DNA from: a virus
Lineage: Duplodnaviria; Caudoviricetes
Reading direction: 5' to 3' (one strand)
DNA length: 24,266 nucleotides
Virus record (IMG/VR): IMGVR_UViG_3300044448_000138
Span: 1-24,266 of that record
This document shows, piece by piece, positions 16,141 to 24,266 of the stretch. The first letter of the stretch is position 1. Every line of letters starts with the position of its first letter. Under the pieces are notes generated by a model. The model saw only the letters and a program-made list of their open reading frames with translations, was not told the DNA's origin and made no database searches. The translations under genes were made by a program, and so were the position numbers.

Positions 16141-19100
16141 TTCGAGTATGTCGATATGAGTCTGCCTTTGCTCCGCATCAGAGAGAGTTCCTTTCTGTTG
16201 AACATCGCAAGGGCATGACCCTTAAAGATCTCGGTCAAGAAGTTGCTGGATCTGCTGAGATCGCAGCTTGGGTCAACGGCGAGCTTGAGAAAGATCTGAC
16301 ACGCGCAGTCAGTGACGGCGAGTTTGTGCATGTAATGTGCGTGCCGCAAGGCGTTGGCGCTTTGTTAATGGGACTCGCAAAGTTCATTGTCACAGGTCTT
16401 ATCTACGGCGCGATACTGAAAGAATTCTTCATGGAAGACCCGACCTCTGTGTCAGAAGAGGGCGATCCATATCATGGCTTCAGGAACAACTATCGACCTG
16501 AAGGCGAAGCGATCCCGGTGGTATACGGCAAAGTTAGAACTTCGCCCCCGGTTCTAAACCAAAGCGTCCTCGGAGCGCAGGCCGTAAACCAAGCCTACAT
16601 CATCGGTCGCAACGAAAACTTAAACTCGATGTTTGCTGTAAGTCACGGCCCGATCTTGGGGTTCGGTGACGCGCAACGTGATGTGTACACTCAGACTGAT
16701 TTCAATTCGCACTTCTCAAGTGGCGACGGCTCTCTGATAAAGCTGCAAATCAATGGCATTGAAGCACGACACTTTGATGGACACTACGAATGGAGAACGG
16801 GCGGCGGTGGTCAGTCCCCCATACGTGGGCTTTTAGGAAACATCTCCTATACAGACCCCGGCACTTCGTACACGATCAACTTTGACTTTCCTAACGGAAC
16901 CGCTGCGATACCTGTCGCGACCACTGGTGAAGTCGCTTACGGGTCGCGCATACAAGAGAGCGACTCGACTGAATATTTTAGGCTCCATCTAGCAACTGAA
17001 TGCGACCGTGGAGTTGTTCAGATCTTGTTCCCAAGAGGGTTGTACAACTTCTCTCAAGACTCGGGCAACTACAGCAACAACGAGCGAACGATTCAGATGC
17101 AGTATTGGGTTACAGACTCTGCTGGATCTGCTGTGCCATCGACCGTCATGATTATGGACGAGGTCAAGGTTGTTAACGATGAGCCGAATATGTTCAGCGT
17201 TGATCTTCCGATCTCCTTCGTATCTCCAACGACGGTCTCGGGAGGAGGTGGATCAAAGGGATATGCTCTTGTTGACAACAACACAAGCGGAGGGCACAGG
17301 CTTTATGTGAGCGGAACAGGGACAGGCTCTTCTACAGGCGAAGACCTTGACTTGCTTATTCCGGGCATACGAAGCACAAGAGAGACGGCAACGGGCTCTC
17401 ACGTCTACGCAACTTTCGACCAGACGATGAAGTTCACGTTTGCATCGTGGGTCAAAGTGCCTGACTGGTCGGGCGGCTTTGATGGTGGAATTGCTGGCAG
17501 CGCAGACCCTCCGATGGCTTGGCTCATGCACTGGTCTCGCGAGGCGAGCGCAGGCGCATCTTGGCCCTTCCAAGGAAGCGCCCCGCCTCCAGTCGCGCAG
17601 AACCTTTACCTTCCCGGTTCTATCCTTTCAACAGGAAGCTCTGCTGACTCTTTCGGCATGGCGATCTGTCTGTGTGTTGATCCTTTAGGAATTGCCCCCG
17701 GCAACGGCTCTGTCCCCTCAGACGATCCGTGGGTTGTTCTCAAGCTGTACACTTGGGCTGGCAACATGGGAGTAGATCAGGCTGGTCATATGGGATCAGA
17801 GCCGGGGTACATGAGTTGCTGGGTCTCAAGCAAACTAGGTAGAGCGTCACAATTTGCCGACTGGCAGCACGTTGGTCTTGTCTATGACCAGTCAACATTC
17901 TCGGCGATCAACGACACGGTAGATGCAGCGACTGAAGCAACAGTCAAGATCTACATCAACGGTGTTCAGCGATCAATTCAGCTACAGCCTGAGAGCTTGC
18001 TAGATAGTCCAGAGAGTTACGACACAGGATGGGTCTTTGGCAATCACCCGACAACTGGGTTCTACAAGAACTGCCGACACGTCCCTGTGTCCTTCTTTGC
18101 TGACAACAAAACAGTTCTGAGGATCGGTGGGTGGGACAACATCACCAACGCTACACCTTCACACAACGTCACCAAGGTTGGCCTAGCTGAGTATCTCTTC
18201 TATGACGGAGACATCGAGGAGGACAGGCCGGGGTGGTTTAGCGATCAGGTCAACTCGTTCGATGACTTCGGCAATAGCCCGATCGCAACTGTGCAAACGC
18301 TCGTCTCTATTAACGAGACAAAGCCTCACTTGAGAATCTGTTGCCCCTTCGACAACGACGAAGTCGTAGCAACAAACTTCTATAAGAACTATGCCTACCC
18401 TGATGGAGTAGATGAAGCAGGTGGCGCTCTGCGAATGCAGAACACGGCCATTACTCAGACTTCAGGTTCAGCGGTATTGTATCCACAGCTTGGCGTCTCA
18501 ACCCTCAACTTCTACATCCTTGAGGTCTTTGTCGATACTCCCTCTGAGGACGAGACTTCAAAGATGAACCTGTGCTCCTTGGACACTGTCACAACATGGC
18601 AGAATGATGAGTATAGCTATCCGGGCATTGCTGTTCTATCGACGAGCATTCAAGCTAACGATCAGATCGCCTCTTCGAGCCCACAGATTACGGTCGAGGT
18701 ACACGGCAAGAAGGTGGACGTGTGGGACGGCGAAAGCATCGAGAGCCCGACGTTCATTTCACAATGGTCTAGTAACCCTGCATGGGTCAGCTTGGACTTG
18801 TTGCGATCACATTCCTATGGCTTAGGTCAGATCTTTGCTCCTGACGGCACTCTGGAAAACTTCGACCTGACTCAGTTCATAGAGTGGGCAACTTGGTGCG
18901 ACGAAGGAGTGCCCGACGCTTACGGATCTATTCAGTTCTTTGCGATCAAGACTGGCTCGCCCACCTCAAGAACTGTGGTGCTGTCGTTTGGCTTGCTTGA
19001 CACGGCGAACTCAAGAACGCAACGCATACCTAAGACTTGGGCTGTCGGCAAGCACCTGTCAATTCAAACGATTGTCACATCAGAAGTCGGCACTGGCTTT

Positions 19101-22100
19101 GTTACATCTTCAGACTTAGAGGGTGGACTTAACAACGCTTCGAACAGGCTTGAGATCACAAACATTGAGTTTAAGGCAGAGCAAGGTGGCTCTCACGGGT
19201 GGGTTGGATGGTGCGAGGTGTCTGTTCTTTGGAACCGTGACACATGGCCTAACGGAGGTGCAGTCTCAGATCCAAGCACTGATCCCTATCCGGCGACATT
19301 CTACGCGGACATGGCAGGCGTGTCTTACTTGGGCACTGCTTCAGGTTACGAGTACAGATGCGCGTTCAATGGTGCGCTGACCAAAAAGAACCAAGCGGCG
19401 TGGGATGAAATCCTGTCTGTGTTTGGTTGTGGTCGAGCAGTGCCTGTCAAGATTGGACGCTTCATCGTGCCTGTCTGGGACCGACCACGTCAGCCTGTTG
19501 CGCTGGTTGGTCAAGCCAACATCAAAGAGGGATCGTTCACGATTAGCTACAGCGATCCAAGAATGGCTCCGAACTCAATGGAGATGGAGATCCTCGACGC
19601 TGATCGGAACTGGCAAGGTCAGACCGTGCTCGTTGACCATCCTACGATTCAAGGTTCAAGCCTCTTCCAACAGGTAAGGAAAGAGCGCGTGTCACTCTTC
19701 GGATGCACTAATAGATCACAAGCAGTGCGCGAAGGGATCTACAGGCTAAACAAGTATGTCCTCTCTACTCGTTCGGCAGAGTTTGAGGTTGGGCCTGACT
19801 GCGTTCACCTCTTGCCGGGGGATCGCATCTTGGTTGCTCACGATGTGCCAGACTATGGCGAGAGTGGAAGGCTGCCTGTCGCCATGCAGATCTTCAACAT
19901 TCACCCCGGTGGCGGTGGCATCTACGAGTCATGGAATCAGCAAGGCGGCGACTGCACGATCTCTGACCGATCTTTGATTGAGTCGATTGCTCACGCAACT
20001 CTCAACCCTCCTGTAATCAACTTCCGTGGTGGGTGCGTGTTCGCGTACAGCGTGCCTACAGACTTTGGAACAGCAGGCCAAGAGCTAGGAGGGACGCTTG
20101 GATCATCAGGCAGAGAGCGCACACCGACATGGGCTGCTCAGTACGTTGCTGTTGGATCAGGTCTCTACCCGACACCTGACTACAGTGGATCGATTCCGAT
20201 CAGCCCTTTAGATCGTATCCAAGACACAGCAAAGAAGGTCAACTTCAGCGTCTACGTTAAGCAGCCAGCAGGGTACTGCGGTTCATCTGCATCGTTTGCT
20301 CTGGTCTTGTATCGCCTGTGTGATGACGGCTCATATGTTAAGGCTTCGCACGGCGCTTACTTTACTTGGAACGGCAGCGGAGCCTTGACCTTCGGTGCTT
20401 ACATCGGGGACAACACGGGTGTCTCATCTCCTTACGGTATTACCTACGACATAAGTGGAGCGATTGCTGGTGGCTGGTATCGAGTAGCGATCACCTATGA
20501 CAACGATGACACTGGAGCCAAGACGGGAGCAGGCGCGACGGGTGTCGGTGACTACCTACAGGCAAGACTCTTCTACAATTATCCGACGTATGCTTACGGC
20601 TCTCTTCCTACCTTCGACGATGTAAGCGAAGACGGGCGTGGTAATCAGTTTCTTTACGGAGGAGACCCGACAGGTCTTGAGCTACAGACAAGCGCGTCTG
20701 CGTACTACTGGACTGGCGCAAGGGTTCGAGGAACAACGACAGGGGCGAAGATCGTACATGACCTGACTGTGGCCCCTCCGTTCTATCCTAATGATACGAC
20801 CTCTGGCTCAGGCACTCCGGGATCAAGAGGCTACGTGCTTCTGTACGATCACGATACAGGTGTAACGACTGACCCTGTGATGATGAGTCAGCAAGTTGAT
20901 ATCAACTTCACGGGCTCCTCGTCTCCTCTTGTGACGAGCAGAGCCAATGAGCCGATGTGTTTCACGGGCTACTTCAGGAGGCATAGCGCCAGCGAGAACG
21001 CATCGATCCTAATCAACATTCGCAAGGCATACACGCAGTCAGGCACAGAGCTATATACCGCTGATGGCGGTCAGGTTGTTCTGACATACAACGGCTCCTC
21101 GTGGTCAGCGGCCAACACGACTGTAGGCTCTGGCATTACAATCAACTCTTCAGTTGCTGCTGTTCGATTGACCGACTCAACCACAGATGCAGACTGGGTT
21201 CAGCTAAACATCGACGTGACTTCTAGCGCGAACTTCACGCAGCTAGGATTTCAGATCGGATCCAACTCATCGTCTGGAGGCAACAAGAGATTCTATGGCT
21301 GGGGGTTCCGTCTGCACGGAGCGAGCGACACAAGCGGATCAGTAAAGATCAACCCATATCCGCACCAAGGCACTGCTCTGTGGGGAGCAATGTACGAACC
21401 TGAATACACAGGCAGCGGAGCACCTACGACCTACTACGAAGGCGGCCAGATACAACTTGATCGTGACGTGACTACGACAGCAGGCAAGACCTACGAGATC
21501 TGCATGAGGTCCACGTTCGAGACAGATATGAATCTCAACACGGACGTGATCGAGACTGTCGTTGTTTCTTCTTCTGAAGTTCCAGCAGTCGGAACGACAA
21601 ACAAGGCTGCAAGATCTTGGCTGTCTGTAGTGTTGCCAGAGAGAATGTACCCTCGCGCAGGTGATCTGTACTCGTGGGGCGAGAGCAACTCTGCGACAGA
21701 GGACTTCATCATCACGGACGTGTCTACAGACCCTGACACCTTGGTTCGCAAGATCGTCTGCATGGAGTATGACGAAGATGTTTATGATGACACTTCGATC
21801 GCAGACATCGTAGACCCTGACGTGAATGATGGCCCCGGCCCCGGCGGCATTGGAAACTGGGACGGCGCAGGCAACCAGTGGGATGTGACCTATGGCGGCC
21901 TCGCCTTTAACGAGCTAAACATCAGCACGCAGGTGGTCAACTATCGAACAGGTGACGGCATTACAGTGCCTTCAATAATCTTGCGCTGGGAGTCAACCTC
22001 TGCGATCAAGAAGATGCCGTTCAAGGAGCTACGCATATGGGTCACGCGCCTGACAGATGTGGCCACAAGCTCGGGCGAGTCGAGCTATCAGTACGTGGCA

Positions 22101-23093
22101 TCTGTTCCTTCAGGCGTTAACTCTTACCGCTACGACAACTTTGCGATTCAAAACGCATCGAGCTACAAGTTCATTCTTCAGCCTGTCGCGCAAGACGGAA
22201 CGGCTAGGATCTTGGCGAACTGTCCGACAGCCGTGGCTATTGGTACTCGAATCGCTACGCCTATTGCTGACGCGCCTACGGTCAACTCAACAGTCAACGG
22301 ATTCACGCAGAACTATCAAGTCACCAAGAACACAGATGCAGAAGTCAAGGCAATCGAAGGACGCATAGGCGGGTGGATCATATCGACCCCGGCGTTTATC
22401 GTGGACCCCAACACTGACCGCTTTGATTCGCACGCCCTTCTGCCTGTTCCAACTGACTCAGTCGGCTTTACGCAAGGCAAGGTATACGCTCGCAACAAAC
22501 TGTCGAACGGAAGATATGGCAAGGCAGTAATTCATACAGGCACTGAAGAGTTTGTCGATGTCTCATCTTCTCGACAGACAATCGCTGAGAATGATTACGC
22601 CTCAAGTGTAGACGGATCGCTAGATACTAACCTTGCAATCACGTCGGGCGTTCTGCATTGGAACGCATCATCGTCATCGATCGCTGCTGCGTACTACAAG
22701 CTCTCTGAGCTAGACGCGACCACAGCCAGAAGGACCGTGGTAAACGCGGTCATTCAAGGATATCAAATACGCCATGAGACTCTTGCAGATCTAAACTTTA
22801 CGCTGGGCAGCGACATCGGAAGCAACTGGTCCTTAGAGGGACCGATGCAAGATGATGGAGGAAATGCAAAGGTCGAGATCGAGTGGAGATGGACGAGTGG
22901 CAGCAGCATCACGTCAGTGAACTGGCGAACTTTTGAGCCGGGAGAGGTCTACGCTCGAAAGGTGCAGTTCCGACTTAAGTTTACGAGAAAGAACGCAGGC
23001 GACGATGTGCGTCTGGAACGCTTCACGGTTAAGTGCAACGACGTGCCTTCCGTGAACTCAACACTTCAAGCCATTGATGGAGGAACCTTCTAA
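16137..23093 (+). CDS. Fused gpI-gpJ-like central tail tip / host-specificity protein with large inserted domains
   Basis: Ubiquitin-like N-terminus and hydrophobic segment (gpI-like), then GEAIPVVYG, YSYPGIA, SSNPAW..LDLL...YGLG, NIKEGSFTISY, GCTNRSQAVREG, LLPGDRILVAHD and an FN3-like unit. GTG start overlaps the previous TGA, with AAGGAGGT SD. Confidence 0.9.
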   Translation: MIRVCRYESAFAPHQREFLSVEHRKGMTLKDLGQEVAGSAEIAAWVNGELEKDLTRAVSDGEFVHVMCVPQGVGALLMGLAKFIVTGLIYGAILKEFFMEDPTSVSEEGDPYHGFRNNYRPEGEAIPVVYGKVRTSPPVLNQSVLGAQAVNQAYIIGRNENLNSMFAVSHGPILGFGDAQRDVYTQTDFNSHFSSGDGSLIKLQINGIEARHFDGHYEWRTGGGGQSPIRGLLGNISYTDPGTSYTINFDFPNGTAAIPVATTGEVAYGSRIQESDSTEYFRLHLATECDRGVVQILFPRGLYNFSQDSGNYSNNERTIQMQYWVTDSAGSAVPSTVMIMDEVKVVNDEPNMFSVDLPISFVSPTTVSGGGGSKGYALVDNNTSGGHRLYVSGTGTGSSTGEDLDLLIPGIRSTRETATGSHVYATFDQTMKFTFASWVKVPDWSGGFDGGIAGSADPPMAWLMHWSREASAGASWPFQGSAPPPVAQNLYLPGSILSTGSSADSFGMAICLCVDPLGIAPGNGSVPSDDPWVVLKLYTWAGNMGVDQAGHMGSEPGYMSCWVSSKLGRASQFADWQHVGLVYDQSTFSAINDTVDAATEATVKIYINGVQRSIQLQPESLLDSPESYDTGWVFGNHPTTGFYKNCRHVPVSFFADNKTVLRIGGWDNITNATPSHNVTKVGLAEYLFYDGDIEEDRPGWFSDQVNSFDDFGNSPIATVQTLVSINETKPHLRICCPFDNDEVVATNFYKNYAYPDGVDEAGGALRMQNTAITQTSGSAVLYPQLGVSTLNFYILEVFVDTPSEDETSKMNLCSLDTVTTWQNDEYSYPGIAVLSTSIQANDQIASSSPQITVEVHGKKVDVWDGESIESPTFISQWSSNPAWVSLDLLRSHSYGLGQIFAPDGTLENFDLTQFIEWATWCDEGVPDAYGSIQFFAIKTGSPTSRTVVLSFGLLDTANSRTQRIPKTWAVGKHLSIQTIVTSEVGTGFVTSSDLEGGLNNASNRLEITNIEFKAEQGGSHGWVGWCEVSVLWNRDTWPNGGAVSDPSTDPYPATFYADMAGVSYLGTASGYEYRCAFNGALTKKNQAAWDEILSVFGCGRAVPVKIGRFIVPVWDRPRQPVALVGQANIKEGSFTISYSDPRMAPNSMEMEILDADRNWQGQTVLVDHPTIQGSSLFQQVRKERVSLFGCTNRSQAVREGIYRLNKYVLSTRSAEFEVGPDCVHLLPGDRILVAHDVPDYGESGRLPVAMQIFNIHPGGGGIYESWNQQGGDCTISDRSLIESIAHATLNPPVINFRGGCVFAYSVPTDFGTAGQELGGTLGSSGRERTPTWAAQYVAVGSGLYPTPDYSGSIPISPLDRIQDTAKKVNFSVYVKQPAGYCGSSASFALVLYRLCDDGSYVKASHGAYFTWNGSGALTFGAYIGDNTGVSSPYGITYDISGAIAGGWYRVAITYDNDDTGAKTGAGATGVGDYLQARLFYNYPTYAYGSLPTFDDVSEDGRGNQFLYGGDPTGLELQTSASAYYWTGARVRGTTTGAKIVHDLTVAPPFYPNDTTSGSGTPGSRGYVLLYDHDTGVTTDPVMMSQQVDINFTGSSSPLVTSRANEPMCFTGYFRRHSASENASILINIRKAYTQSGTELYTADGGQVVLTYNGSSWSAANTTVGSGITINSSVAAVRLTDSTTDADWVQLNIDVTSSANFTQLGFQIGSNSSSGGNKRFYGWGFRLHGASDTSGSVKINPYPHQGTALWGAMYEPEYTGSGAPTTYYEGGQIQLDRDVTTTAGKTYEICMRSTFETDMNLNTDVIETVVVSSSEVPAVGTTNKAARSWLSVVLPERMYPRAGDLYSWGESNSATEDFIITDVSTDPDTLVRKIVCMEYDEDVYDDTSIADIVDPDVNDGPGPGGIGNWDGAGNQWDVTYGGLAFNELNISTQVVNYRTGDGITVPSIILRWESTSAIKKMPFKELRIWVTRLTDVATSSGESSYQYVASVPSGVNSYRYDNFAIQNASSYKFILQPVAQDGTARILANCPTAVAIGTRIATPIADAPTVNSTVNGFTQNYQVTKNTDAEVKAIEGRIGGWIISTPAFIVDPNTDRFDSHALLPVPTDSVGFTQGKVYARNKLSNGRYGKAVIHTGTEEFVDVSSSRQTIAENDYASSVDGSLDTNLAITSGVLHWNASSSSIAAAYYKLSELDATTARRTVVNAVIQGYQIRHETLADLNFTLGSDIGSNWSLEGPMQDDGGNAKVEIEWRWTSGSSITSVNWRTFEPGEVYARKVQFRLKFTRKNAGDDVRLERFTVKCNDVPSVNSTLQAIDGGTF

Positions 23094-23575
23094 TGCGCTA
23101 CTTGCCTTTGCTACTTTTGCTTGCTTCTTGTCAGCGTTGGTCTTGGGGCGGCGCAGCCGACGTGCTTATGCCTGACAGCCTTACCCTAGGCAATGGCTCA
23201 GGGTCACACTCAGGGCAGCTTGCTACACACAGCCCTCAGTGGCCGTATGAGGGCGAAACAGAATCGACCTATGCTGCGCTGACTTGGAACCTTCCGAGCG
23301 TTACAGGGGCTCAGGGGGGCCTTAGCAGGGACGCTCAACGCAACATAGCCCTGCTCGCAGAGCACATGGTCACTGAGGAGGGATTGCAGCCTGCCGCAGA
23401 GGTCGAAGAGGGCGAGGCTCCTGAAGAGGTTTCCGTGACAGCGGGGCCGCTGGTGTTGAATCTCCGAGAGGGGGTAAGCCCTCCTCCGATCTGGCTGCCT
23501 GCTGTGGTTGCCTTGGTCTTCTTGCTCATCATTCTCAAAATGCGGTCGGTCAACAAGCGGAGGAATTGGCGATGA
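23093..23575 (+). CDS. Lipoprotein with a C-terminal transmembrane helix; candidate unimolecular spanin
   Basis: Signal peptide and lipobox MRYLPLLLLLAS-C. C-terminal TM segment IWLPAVVALVFLLIIL followed by basic KMRSVNKRRNWR. GGAGG SD. It lies after the tail genes, close to a holin-like gene. Confidence 0.6.
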   Translation: MRYLPLLLLLASCQRWSWGGAADVLMPDSLTLGNGSGSHSGQLATHSPQWPYEGETESTYAALTWNLPSVTGAQGGLSRDAQRNIALLAEHMVTEEGLQPAAEVEEGEAPEEVSVTAGPLVLNLREGVSPPPIWLPAVVALVFLLIILKMRSVNKRRNWR

Positions 23576-23706
23576 GAGTCCTCGTTCTTCTTTTGCTTGC
23601 ATCGTCTTGCGTGTCTCAAAAAACTTCGCCGCTTGTGCATAGCTCGCATCTCACCGTCACTGTTTGCGCGGGAGAGCTTTGCGCTATATGTGGCTCAAAC
23701 TTTTAA
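23572..23706 (+). CDS. Small 44-aa lipoprotein MRVLVLLLLASSCVSQKTSPLVHSSHLTVTVCAGELCAICGSNF (not in the ORF track)
   Basis: ATGA overlap with the upstream stop, GGAGG about 8 nt upstream, and a lipobox-like LLASS-C. It fills the gap up to the next ATG at 23715. Confidence 0.62.
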   Translation: MRVLVLLLLASSCVSQKTSPLVHSSHLTVTVCAGELCAICGSNF

Positions 23707-23714
23707 GATCTAAC

Positions 23715-24056
23715 ATGACTGCAAAAAACGACAAACCTATTGGCGGTCAAAGCGATCGCAACGCTGAAGACCTTGCAATGCTTAGGCGCATTGAAGCAGA
23801 GCTTGCCGTTGAAAAACTGCGAGCACAAAAGAGCGCGTCTGAACTTGCTGGAGAACATCTTGGCATGTGGGGCGGCGGCTATTTATGCGTATTAGTAATC
23901 GTCTATTTCGGATCGATACTTTTCTTGCCGAGCGATGCGATCTCAGCCGTCACGGGCGTTGTGACTCTCATCGTCACGTCCATGATCCAACTGCTCAAGC
24001 AGGTGGTCGGCGGTGAAGCTGGAAGCTCCGAAACGAAGGAGGTTCTCGAAAAATGA
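23715..24056 (+). CDS. Small two-TM membrane protein; candidate holin
   Basis: Hydrophilic coiled N-terminus, TM1 WGGGYLCVLVIVYFGSILFL, TM2 AISAVTGVVTLIVTSMIQLL and a charged C-terminus. I prefer the ATG at 23715 to the TTG at 23664, which would overlap the 44-aa ORF. Confidence 0.55.
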   Translation: MTAKNDKPIGGQSDRNAEDLAMLRRIEAELAVEKLRAQKSASELAGEHLGMWGGGYLCVLVIVYFGSILFLPSDAISAVTGVVTLIVTSMIQLLKQVVGGEAGSSETKEVLEK

Positions 24057-24266
24057 AACCTGCCGCATATCGATACTCAAAGTGCCGCGTCGATCGCTGC
24101 GTTGACGGTGATACTGTTGACCTGTGGATCAACCTAGGTTTTTCTACCTTCGTAAAGAAGCGCGTGAGACTCATGGGTATTAACACGCCAGAGAGTCGCA
24201 CTCGTGACCTAGAGGAAAAGAAGAGGGGCAAAGCTGCGACCGCCTACATGGAGTCTTTGCTTGAAG
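24053..24266 (+). CDS. Staphylococcal nuclease (thermonuclease/SNase) family protein, 3'-truncated by the window edge
   Basis: My translation: MKPAAYRYSKCRVDRCVDGDTVDLWINLGFSTFVKKRVRLMGINTPESRTRDLEEKKRGKAATAYMESLLE. It has the DGDT and RVRL.GI.TPE SNase motifs. ATGA overlap with the previous gene. Confidence 0.92.
   Translation, partial: MKPAAYRYSKCRVDRCVDGDTVDLWINLGFSTFVKKRVRLMGINTPESRTRDLEEKKRGKAATAYMESLLE

Noticed and set aside
16137-23093. Diversity-generating retroelement or invertible tail-fibre cassette
   Set aside because: I found no reverse transcriptase or invertase, and no adenine-mismatched repeat pair or inverted crossover sites in the window.
23664-23714. N-terminal extension of the holin-like ORF from TTG 23664
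   Set aside because: It overlaps the better-supported 44-aa lipoprotein ORF. The ATG at 23715 follows that ORF's stop by 8 nt.
574-24231. The many minus-strand and alternative-frame ORFs of 60-150 aa in the ORF track
   Set aside because: They lie within or opposite convincing + strand genes and have no recognisable motifs. They are best explained as shadow ORFs from codon bias.

Overview
The window is one compact, co-oriented (+ strand) virion morphogenesis operon of a tailed phage or prophage with a long non-contractile (siphovirus-type) tail. The head module runs: gpF/SPP1-gp7-like minor head protein (5'-truncated, probably part of a larger fusion), HK97-type prohead protease, HK97-fold major capsid protein, two tandem paralogous putative decoration proteins, and three small Lys-rich proteins with a strong hairpin among them. 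The neck and tail module follows: head-tail adaptor, gp10/gpG-like neck protein, a Dit/gpM-like gene in an unusual position, tail terminator, tail tube, two tail assembly chaperone ORFs probably joined by a -1 frameshift, and the tape measure protein. The tail tip is lambda-like: a very large Dit/gpM fusion, gpL, an NlpC/P60 gpK-like protein and a 2318-aa gpI-gpJ fusion. The window ends with a putative lysis region (u-spanin-like lipoprotein, an unannotated 44-aa lipoprotein, a holin-like protein) and a 3'-truncated staphylococcal-nuclease-family gene. I saw no RNA genes, CRISPR array, transposase, integrase or endolysin. The most notable points are repeated gene doubling, nested lectin-like insertions in the tail tip, an apparently catalytically dead NlpC/P60, DnaJ-like CxxCxG motifs in the frameshifted chaperone, and strong avoidance of CCWGG. 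All family assignments come from motif recognition and synteny by eye; no database search was run.
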